From Macrostomum lignano (taxonomy: Eukaryota), in contig NIVC01000129.1 of the NCBI GenBank assembly GCA_002269645.1, positions 232,755-296,754 of the forward strand: a stretch of 64,000 bases of DNA, written 5' to 3'. The notes under the pieces are model-generated. The model had not been told where the DNA came from and made no database searches. It saw only the letters and a program-made list of their open reading frames with translations. Position numbers and translations under genes: made by a program. Shown here piece by piece: positions 26,138 through 35,840 of the stretch (positions within the stretch are counted from its first letter, which is position 1; the number at the start of each line of letters is the position of its first letter).

Positions 26138-26544
26138 CAGTTCCGCAGCCAGCCGTCATGCCGTCAGACAGCAACCACAGCAGCCGCCAGCCGGACGACT
26201 CCAGCGGCCAGCCGCAGCTGACAGACGCTGAGCTGGCCTCGGTGCCCGGCTACTCAGCCATCCCGCCCGGCACCCCGGATTGGAAGCGCGCCCTGCTCGA
26301 GCGTAAGAATCGCGAAGCCATCGACTCTTTTCTGGCCGCTAAAGCCGAGGAGGAGCGCCAGGAGCGCTGGCAGCGCGCCGTGCCCGAGTGGAAGCGCCAG
26401 CTGATCGATCAGCGCCAGGCGCGCGCCAGGGAGGAGGCGCTGCCCATTGAGGAGAGGCGCCGGCGCGAGGCTGAGGAGGCCGAGAAGCTGGCGGGCATGC
26501 CGGAGTGGAAGAGAAACATCATTCTGAAGAAGAAGGGCAACTGA
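26138..26544 (+). CDS. ESPN: Espin/forked-like protein, terminal exon with actin-bundling module
   Basis: ctttcag acceptor, phase 1. Three W-motifs (PDWKRALL, PEWKRQLI, EAEKLAGMPEWKRNIILKKKG) resemble the espin C-terminal module (PEWKRQVM, EARLASMPAWRRDLL, PWQRQVILKKG). Confidence 0.8.
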
Positions 26545-26604
26545 GCTCAATGAGTTGTTCCCAAATGCTTAGTGATGAGTTCTTAGCTCTCAATGGTGAA
26601 TTGT

Positions 26605-27245
26605 GAGATTTCAAAATCATAGGACTGTGAATCGCTAGATTGTGAATGGTAAGATTGTGAATCGCTAGATTGTGAATGGTAAGATTGTGAATCGCTAGAT
26701 TTTGAATGGTAAGATTGTGAATCGCTAGATTGTGAATGGTAAGATTGTGAATCGCAAGATTGTGAATCGCTAGATTTGTGAATCGAAAGATTGTGAATCG
26801 CTAGATTGTGAATCGCTAGATTGTGAATGGTAAGATTGTGAATCGCTAGATTGTGAATGGTAAGATTGTGAATCACTAGATTGTGAATGGTAAGATTGTG
26901 AATCGCTAGATTCTGAATCGCTAGATTTGTGAATCGCTAGATTGTGAATCGAAAGATTGTGAATCGCTAGATTTGTGAATCGAAAGATTGTGAATCGCTA
27001 GATTGTGAATCGAAAGATTGTAAATCGCTGGATTTGTGAATCGAAAGATTGTGAATCGAATGATTATAAATCGCTAGATTGTGAATGGTAAGATTGTGAA
27101 TCTTACTATTGTGAATCGCTAGATTTGTGAATCGCTAGATTGTGAATTGCTAGATTGTGAATCGAAAGATTGTGAATTGCTAGATTGTGAATCGAAAGAT
27201 TGTGAATCGCTAGAATGGTAAGACCGTGAATGGTAAGACCGTGAA
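26605..27245. repeat. 15-bp minisatellite (GATTGTGAATCGCTA / GATTGTGAATGGTAA)
   Basis: Tandem copies with alternating variants. Confidence 0.95.
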
Positions 27246-27914
27246 CCGTGTGACTGTTAATCAAAATCTGTGAAGCAAAGCTCGTTAGTTACTGTGAATA
27301 AAAAGAGCTAATTATTCGAAACCCAGACCGTGAATCGCAGTACTTGAGCCATCATGAGCAAATTATCGTGTCGCGAAGCCGCTTGCCTTCAATTTTTAAT
27401 ATTTTGATTGCCCATTGATCAAATTTTGACTCACTGATGATAAAATTTCATCCAACATGCATCGATGCTCTTATTCGATTCTGCAAAAAGTGAATCAGTT
27501 TCCTCATTCTTCTCACAAATTTAAATTCAATCTTTGCATGCTCGTTAAAACAAAAAATGCTAACTAAATTAGTTAATAAATTATTTGTTTGATCTTGTCA
27601 CGTAAATTTTCCCTTTAATTATTCAATGTCATTGGTAATTTGCGGAATTCTGATTCAACAGTTTTTTATCTAAACAGAAATTTCAGAAGTTTTGCTTTTT
27701 TAAAACTTTTCTATCGTGAAATTTTCTGGCCAGTGCTTTTTCTGAATGGCTGAGTCCAAATTTTTCTAAAAATGATAACAAGCCATCTTTAGCAAAGCTC
27801 GCAAACTGTTTGATTTAAAATATTCAAATACACTGTACATCCATCGCTGCAATGACGCTCTGAAATACTTTAATTGTTCAAGAATTTCTAAAAATTCTTT
27901 TTATCCTTTCGAAT

Positions 27915-30900
27915 CTTCATCACCTGGGAAATCCCAGTCTCCATCACCTGGGAAATCCCAGTCTCCATCACCTGGGAAAGCCCAGTCTCTATCACCTGGG
28001 AAATCCCAGCCTCCATCACCTGGGAAATCCCAGTCTCCATCACCTGGGAAATCCCAGCCTCCATCACCTGGGAAATCTCAGTCTCCATCACCTGGAAAAT
28101 CTCAGTATCCATCACCTGGGAAATCCCAGTCTCCATCACCTGGGAAATCTCAGTCTCCATCACCTGGGAAATCTCAGTTCTCCATCACCTGGGAAATCTC
28201 AGTCTCCATCACCTGGAAAATCCCAGTTCTCCATCACCTGGGAAACCCAGTCTCCATCACCTGGGAAATCCCAGTCTCCATCACCTTGGAGGAAATCCCA
28301 GTTCTCCATCACCTGGGAAACCCAGTCTCCATCACCTGGGAAATCTCAGTCTCCATCACCTGGGAGGAAATCCCAGTCTCCATCACCTGGGAAATCTCAG
28401 TCTCCATCACCTGGGAAACCCAGTCTCCATCACCTGGGAAATCCCAGTATCCATCACCTGGGAAATCCCAGTCTCCATCACCTGGGAAATCTCAGTCTCC
28501 ATCACCTGGGAAATCTCAGTTCTCCATCACCTGGGAAATCTCAGTCTCCATCACCTGGGAAATCCCAGTCTCCATCACCTGGGAAATCCCAGTCTCTATC
28601 ACCTGGGAAATCCCAGCCTCCATCACCTGGGAAATCCCAGTCTCCATCACCTGGGAAATCCCAGCCTCCATCACCTGGGAAATCTCAGTCTCCATCACCT
28701 GGGAAATCTCAGTCTCCATCACCTGGGAAATCTCAGTCTCCATCACCTGGGAAATCTCAGTCTCCATCACCTGGGAAATCTCAGTCTCCATCACCTGGGA
28801 AATCCCAGTCTCCATCACCTGGGAAATCTCAGTCTCCATCACCTGGGAAATCTCAGTTCTCCATCACCTGGGAAATCTCAGTCTCCATCACCTGGAAAAT
28901 CCCAGTTCTCCATCACCTTGGAAACCCAGTCTCCATCACCTGGGAAATCCCAGTCTCCATCACCTGGGAGGAAATCCCAGTTCTCCATCACCTGAGAAAC
29001 CCAGTCTCCATCACCTGGGAAATCTCAGTCTCCATCACCTGGGAAATCTCAGTTCTCCATCACCTGGGAAATCTCAGTCTCCATCACCTGGGAAATCCCA
29101 GCCTCCATCACCTGGGAAATCTCAGTCTCTATCACCTGGGAAATCCCAGCCTCCATCACCTGGGAAATCCCAGTCTCCATCACCTGGGAAATCCCAGCCT
29201 CCATCACCTGGGAAATCTCAGTCTCCATCACCTGGGAAATCTCAGTATCCATCACCTGGGAAATCTCAGTCTCCATCACCTGGGAAATCTCAGTCTCCAT
29301 CACCTGGGAAATCTCAGTTCTCCATCACCTGGGAAATCTCAGTCTCCATCACCTGGGAAATCCCAGCCTCCATCACCTGGGAAATCTCAGTCTCTATCAC
29401 CTGGGAAATCCCAGCCTCCATCACCTGGGAAATCCCAGTCTCCATCACCTGGGAAATCCCAGCCTCCATCACCTGGGAAATCTCAGTCTCCATCACCTGG
29501 GAAATCTCAGTATCCATCACCTGGGAAATCTCAGTCTCCATCACCTGGGAAATCTCAGTCTCCATCACCTGGGAAATCCCAGTCTCCATCACCTGGGAAA
29601 TCTCAGTCTCCATCACCTGGAAAATCCCAGTTCTCCATCACCTGGGAAACCCAGTCTCCATCACCTGGGAAATCCCAGTCTCCATCACCTGGGAGGAAAT
29701 CCCAGTTCTCCATCACCTGAGAAACCCAGTCTCCATCACCTGGGAAATCTCAGTTTCCATCACCTGGGAAATCTCAGTCTCCATCACCTGGGAAATCTCA
29801 GTCTCCATCACCTGGGAGGAAATCCGAGTTCTCCATCACCTGGGAAATCCCTATCTCCATCACCTTGGAGGAAATCCCAGTCTCCATCACCTGGGAAATC
29901 CCAGTCTCCATCACCTGGGAAATCCCAGTCTCCATCACCTGGAAAATCCCAGTCTCCATCACCTGGGAGGAAATCCCAGTTCTCCATCACCTAGGAAACC
30001 CAGTCTCCATCACCTGGGAAATCTCAGTCTCCATCACCTGGGAGGAAATCCCAGTCTCCATCACCTGGGAAGGAAATCAGAGTTCTCTAACACCTGGGAA
30101 ATCCCAGTCTCCATCACCTGGGAGGAAATCTCAGTTCTCCATCACCTGAGAAACCCAGTCTCCATCACCTGGGAAATCTCAGTTTCCATCACCTGGGAAA
30201 TCTCAGTTTCCATCACCTGGGAAATCTCAGTCTCCATCACCTGGGAAATCTCAGTCTCCATCACCTGGGAGGAAATCCGAGTTCTCCATCACCTGGGAAA
30301 TCCCAGTCTCCATCACCTTGGAGGAAATCCCAGCCTGCATCACCTGGGAAATCCCAGTCTCCATCACCTGGGAAATCCCAGCCTCCATCACCTGGGAAAT
30401 CTCAGTCTCCATCACCTGGGAAATCCCAGTCTCCATCACCTGGGAAATCTCATTCTCCATCACCTGGGAAATCTCAGTCTCCATCACCTGGGAAATCCCA
30501 GTTCTCCATCACCTGGGAAATCCCAGTCTCCATCACCTGGGAAATCTCATTCTCCATCACCTGGGAAATCTCAGTCTCCATCACCTGGGAAATCTCAGTC
30601 TCCATCACCTGGGAGGAAATCCCAGTTCTCCATCACCTGGGAAACCCAGTCTCCATCACCTGGGAAATCTCAGTCTCCATCACCTGGGAAGGAAACCCAG
30701 TCTCCATTACCTGGGAAATCCCAGTTCTCCATCACCTGGGAGGAAATCCCAGTTCTCCATCACCTGGGAAATCCCAGTCTCCATCACCTGGGAAATCTCA
30801 TTCTCCATCACCTGGGAAATCTCAGTCTCCATCACCTGGGAAATCCCAGTTCTCCATCACCTGGGAGGAAATCCCAGTTCTCCATCACCTGGGAAACCCA

Positions 30901-30995
30901 GTTCTCCATCACCTGGGAGAAAATCCCAGTTCTCCATCACCTGGGAAACCCAGTTCTCCATCACCTGGGGAGGAAATCCCAGTTCTCCATCACCT
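27915..30995. repeat. 24-bp minisatellite (CTCCATCACCTGGGAAATCYCAGT), about 3.1 kb
   Basis: Tandem copies, including higher-order duplicated blocks (about 29049-29303 and 29314-29616). Confidence 0.97.
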
Positions 30996-31124
30996 ATGAA
31001 CGGCAGTCTCCGCAACTCAAATCTGTGAATCCTAACACTCAATCCGAATTGGCTAACTAACTCCGTCCAATGAAAACGAGCCGATGTATTTGAAAAATTT
31101 ATATACTGCGATCTCCCGCAATAG

Positions 31125-32133
31125 TGGCAGCTTTTGTGTCAGTGGCAACACCTCCCATGCAATGCCGCACGATAGCGTGGACCTCTGGATCTCCATCCTT
31201 TATCTGTTCAGCATTCTTTTAGTAGCTGCTTTCGCTGGCCTGTTCGCGTATTTATGTATTAAGCTGACCGAACACTTCGACTTGGACTCCTCTAGGTGAC
31301 GTCATTTCCGTTGTATTGCTGTGATTACATGTACAGTACCTATATACGCCATGGGATGCATATTCCCTCCCTCCTTTCCTTCCTTCCTTCCTCCCTGCCT
31401 CCCTTCCTCCTCCTTCCTTCCCTTCCTCCCTCCCTGCCTCCCTTCCTCCTCCTTCCTTCCCTTCCTCCCTCCCTTCCTCCCAGCCTCCCTTCCTTCCTCC
31501 CTTCCTCCCTGCCTCCCTTCCTCCCTTCCTTCCTCCCTGCCTCCCTTCCTCCTCCTTCCTTCCCTTCCTCCCTCCCTTCCTCCCTGCCTCCCTTCCTTCC
31601 TCCCTTCCTCCCTGCCTCCCTTCCTCCCTTCCTTCCTCCCTGCCTCCCTTCCTCCTCCTTCCTTCCCTTCCTCCCTCCCTTCCTCCCTGCCTCCCTTCCT
31701 TCCTCCCTTCCTCCCTGCCTCCCTTCCTCCCTTCCTTCCTCCCTGCCTCCCTTCCTCCTCCTTCCTTCCCTTCCTCCCTCCCTTCCTCCCTGCCTCCCTT
31801 CCTTCCTCCCTTCCTCCCTGCCTCCCTTCCTCCCTTCCTTCCTCCCTCCCTCCCTCCTCCCTCCCTCCCTTTCTTTCTCTTTTCCTTCCCTCCACCCTCT
31901 TCTTCCTTCCTTTCTTTCTTCCTCCCTTCCTTCCTCCCACCCTTCCTCCCTTCCTTCCTCCCACCCTTCCTCCTTTCCTTCATCTCCCTCCCTCCTTCCT
32001 TCCTTCCTTCCTTATACCCAGCTGCAATTGGCCCACAGCCAAGAGACCAGTAGCGTGGAAGTGGCCGATTCGAAGACAGAAGACAATGGTGCCACATGCT
32101 GCAGCTCCATTGAACTGGATGAAAATTGCTTAA
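31125..32133 (+). CDS. Possible small single-pass membrane protein (exons about 31125-31295 and 32022-32133)
   Basis: Hydrophobic helix LWISILYLFSILLVAAFAGLFAYLCI; ag|gtgacg donor; cccag acceptor after a pyrimidine tract. No family recognised. Confidence 0.3.
31365..32012. repeat. Polypyrimidine (CCTT/CCCT) compound repeat
   Basis: Seen directly. Confidence 0.95.
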
Positions 32134-32509
32134 GGTGATTATCTAAGTCCCTTTGACATATTTATTTGAAAATTCAATTCGAATCAATCACACGTATTGT
32201 GCATGTGGAAGTTGAGCTTGGAAGTTGTTTCTATTATTTTTCAGCAAAAAATACCCAATTATCTCGACTTCTGCAGTTTTCCGAATAGGCCGGAATTTCG
32301 CCGTCCCTAACGGGTACTCGTAAACTCAATCTTACCATTATAAACTTACAGACATTGCGCGCGAGATAATACTTCTCACGAGTTGAAAATAATAGATAAA
32401 ACTTCAAATTCAAATTGCAATTGCAATAAAACAAAACTGCCCCCTTCCAGACTACTGAGGGACGAGTCGGATAAGGGCGGCTCTGCTTCTGTAGCTGGAG
32501 GATCGAGTG

Positions 32510-33212
32510 GGCTCGAGGTGCATCACCTCGAGCTGTTGCATAATAGAACCTGTTACCAGGGATGACATTGGATGACAGAGAGAAGTACGATTCATCGTCC
32601 ATGACAATGTCCAGTCCGCCGTCATCTCCTGCCAGCACAGCACGGTAGAGCCTGTCAATCCTCACACGCTGACGCTCTTTCTGCTCAAACGACACAAATG
32701 GCACTTTTTCTTTCTTGTATGCACTTAGTCCCTGCTTCTTGAGAATCTCGTTGACGTACGGCTGGCTGATGTCATATTTGCGTGCAATTTCGCGCTGGGA
32801 CAGACCCGTCCTGGCATCATTTGACATCTTCTCCATCAAAGTGGCAGTGACCTTGGTAGCTGGTCGTCCTGACCCCTCCTTCCGTAGCACAGAATCTTCT
32901 CCAGTTGCTGAGTAGCGATCCAGAATTCCATAAATGGTTGATCTTGGGACACCAAGCTCAGCAAAATATTTTGCGATTGCATTGTTGCTCAGCCCAGGGT
33001 GCTCAATTTTATATTGTACAACCAGTTTACGCCGCTGCTCTTCATTTAGAGACTGCATCTCAGACGTGACGGGGCAAACAAGTGAAAAAAACAACTTAAG
33101 TTGTGAGGAAGACCCCCAGTATTGCTCAAAAGCATCAGCTCAATAAATTTGCCTCGTTAAATTTTGTCTATGGCAAAAACTAACCATGTCCAGATTTTTA
33201 CCAATCACCCAG
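32510..33212 (-). mobile_element. 3'-truncated Tc1/mariner transposon
   Basis: ORF from ATG 33058 has two HTH regions (NNAIAKYFAELGVPRSTIYGIL, GSGRP, LSQREIARKYDISQPYVNEIL) and the first catalytic Asp (VMDDESYF), then loses homology at about 32510. Terminus TA|CTGGGTGATT at 33212; no partner TIR found. Confidence 0.8.
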
Positions 33213-33230
33213 TATTTTTATATACTAGGG

Positions 33231-34882
33231 CAGGGAATCCTATTTGTTTCACCAGGAACCGACACTGGTCCCGCACCACCCCACCTCCCCTACAAGTTGA
33301 GGCCCAAGCCTTCGAGCCTTCGAGACTCGGGAGTTTTTGTGAGGAAACCCTTCCTTGTAGGGAGGGTTCCCACAAATGGGGACGAAAAATAACAGAAGAG
33401 TAATTTTTAGTTGAGAGTTAGGGAGAATAAATAACAGAATGGGCAGGAGATCCTCGCTGCGCTGCTGTGTATGTACGAGTTCGTGGAACAAAGAGCCTTT
33501 CCTGGGGGACGGAAGTGCATAGGAAAATTAATGTGCGTTCTTCCCTCACACTGTACTCTACTGCACATTCACTGTTCTTTGCCCCTATATACGTTGCGAG
33601 TTTGTCTCGAAGAGCACTGACTCGCAATCTTCTCAATTCCACTCTATCGCATTTTGAAACTACCTGATCGTTCCCACTATGGGCTACAAGTGCTGCGTTC
33701 CTCTGTGCGTCACCAACTATGCTCGCTATGAGAAGAATCCAACCGTGACTATCCACAAGTTTCCATCATCTACGCAGTTGGTGCTCCTGAATAAGTGGAT
33801 CACGGCCATTCCACGCGTGTGGACCGATTCCGAGTTGGAGCAGCTGAGAACAAACCCTAACCACAGCTACAGGGTCTGCTCGCTTCACTTCCCTGAGAAG
33901 TACTTCGTGATCAACTCTCGGGACTCCAATCCCCACCGCAAACGGACCGAAGCAGATGGTCAGCCTGCAGGCAAGCTAAAGCTTCGGCGTCTAGCCGCTG
34001 ATGCCCTGCCTTGCATCTTCCCAAATGCACCCTCCTATCTGAACAAGACCATCACTGAGGAGCGCCCCACTCAGCTGGCATCGGCCGAGACCCGCCGGGA
34101 GAACGACACGAGGCGGTGCGAAGAAGAAGCGACAGACTTCTTGCAGAAGGATGACATTGTGGACTTCCAGGCCCTCGTGTCGTTCGAACTGCCTGACCAT
34201 TTGCAATGCTTTCACAAGCAGACCTCTGTCTCAACTTTATGCTTTTTTGTTACTCGGATGTGTCTTGCTGAGACCCCTAAAATTGCAGTGTCATTAACGG
34301 TGAGTAACTCTTTGCATTTTACTGTCACCATTGATGGAGCAGATCCGGTGAGTTCCGCGACATGCTGAAACAGAAGTGTCCTTGCGGAAGACCTGGGGTT
34401 ATTTTCTCCTCCAGGATCCTCACCCCAGCAGTCAGAATCTTTTTGAATAATTTCGTGAATGAGACCAACGACAACTTGAAGAACGAGAAAGCTTTAAAGA
34501 GAAAGAAGGTAAAGTTATCGGGTGAATGAGTCTGTCTGTAGTCCTACTGGAGTCATAATGAGTCTTCAAGAATTGCTTTTCAGTGGGAGTTCTTGCCTGT
34601 CATTTGCCAGTGCAATGGAGGATTTTTATATTGATTTATTCTCCAAAACTGAGCAATATAGAATAGAAAAAATATATTAAATTAAAAAGCAATGCAGCAA
34701 ATATTTTCTTCGACACTGTCTTAATTATTTTTGTTTACTTCTTTTCGATGATTCCTTATGCGAAAGGCATGCTAACCAGGCAAGAAATTGGGGGAATGGG
34801 GAGGGGACTTGGGCCTCAACTTGTAGGCCCCACTTTTCAGTGTCGCTTCCTGGGGAGCGCAGCGAGCCAATAGGATTCCCTG
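33231..34882 (+). mobile_element. Internally deleted P-superfamily DNA transposon
   Basis: 14-bp TIR CAGGGAATCCTATT / AATAGGATTCCCTG with further subterminal inverted matches (CCTACAAGTTGAGGCCCAAG); 7-bp TSD ACTAGGG at 33224-33230 and 34883-34889; THAP ORF inside. Confidence 0.85.
33679..34368 (+). CDS. THAP-domain truncated transposase (229 aa)
   Basis: C2CH THAP motif: CCVPLC..HKFP..W..IPR..RVCSLHF..ALPCIFP. The transposase C-terminus survives out of frame at about 34346-34529 (EFRDMLKQKCPCG..IFLNNFVNETND..KRKKVKL*). Confidence 0.85.
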   Translation: MGYKCCVPLCVTNYARYEKNPTVTIHKFPSSTQLVLLNKWITAIPRVWTDSELEQLRTNPNHSYRVCSLHFPEKYFVINSRDSNPHRKRTEADGQPAGKLKLRRLAADALPCIFPNAPSYLNKTITEERPTQLASAETRRENDTRRCEEEATDFLQKDDIVDFQALVSFELPDHLQCFHKQTSVSTLCFFVTRMCLAETPKIAVSLTVSNSLHFTVTIDGADPVSSATC

Positions 34883-35039
34883 ACTAGGGCCCTATGCCAC
34901 ATTTGGCATCAGTTTTGCACTACAGGCCAGATTTGGGTATCATTTTTGTGTTTTTCCATTTATGATTTGACTCCAGTTTTTTTTTACTTTTTCATCATAT
35001 GGCTTCATTTCTAACCCCCTTGATGTTCTAGATACAACA

Positions 35040-35840
35040 CTCTAAGAAAATGGAGTGAGATTCTAAGCCTCCCCACAAGCGATGCAGAAGCAGCAGCACA
35101 ACACCCATGCCCATGACCACCGCATTGAGATGGGCAATGCAGTCGTTGCGAGGGACTTTGCTGCTGATGGCAGCTGGAAGCCTGCTGTTCTGACCGACTG
35201 CTCCAGGGCTGTGTCTCTTGCCAGTTTGACGATGGTCGAGAGGTCCATCGGCACATCAATCAAGTGCCTGCGGCGCCTTCCAGAGTTGAGCAACCGCTAT
35301 GCTGCCGAGGTGCCTGACGATCAACCAGAGGCCCCTGCGGAGACGCCTGGCCAGGCGCCAGAGTTGAGCTCTGCGGCGCCACTTTGACGTTCGACCAGGG
35401 CAAGAGCTTAACCTGACCGGCTGCGCTACCAGTGACTATGGACTGTTCCTCTATGGACTGTGAACTGATTTGCGTCTTTTATTCCCGTTTTTATCCAACG
35501 CTTAATCTTTGTGGGAGGAGTGTGGTGACTTGGCTGAGCAAATTTTTGTTTGTTTTGTTAGCTTGTTTTTACTCCGTGTTTTGAGGTGGTGTTTTACCAG
35601 TTTCGCTGCGTGCTCCCTTCTGCGATATTTCGCTGTACATTCTTATGTACGCTCTGCATTCTGGTCGCTCTTGCTCTCCACCCTTAAGCCTCTTACACCC
35701 AATGTATCGTGCTCAATACTTACAATATAAATTGCAGTCGCTGACTCGCTTTCCTCGTATCAAGCGTCTCGTTCTACAATCTAAAGTGAAGTCTTTACAG
35801 TTTATAATGTTAATAAATGCTCAACCAAATCCGTATCACA
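35040..35840 (+). mobile_element. 3' remnant of a Gypsy-type LTR retrotransposon (integrase tail, PPT, LTR)
   Basis: 35082-35387 QKQQHNTHA..MGNAVVARDF..WKPAV, followed by RSTRARA.PDR, is typical of a Gypsy integrase C-terminus. PPT GGGAGGAG at 35513-35520; LTR TGTGGTGA..TATCACA at 35521-35840 with AATAAA at 35812. Confidence 0.7.

Noticed and set aside
28286-31060. 924-aa ORF
   Set aside because: Wanders between three repeat-derived frames, with no unique sequence or splice support.
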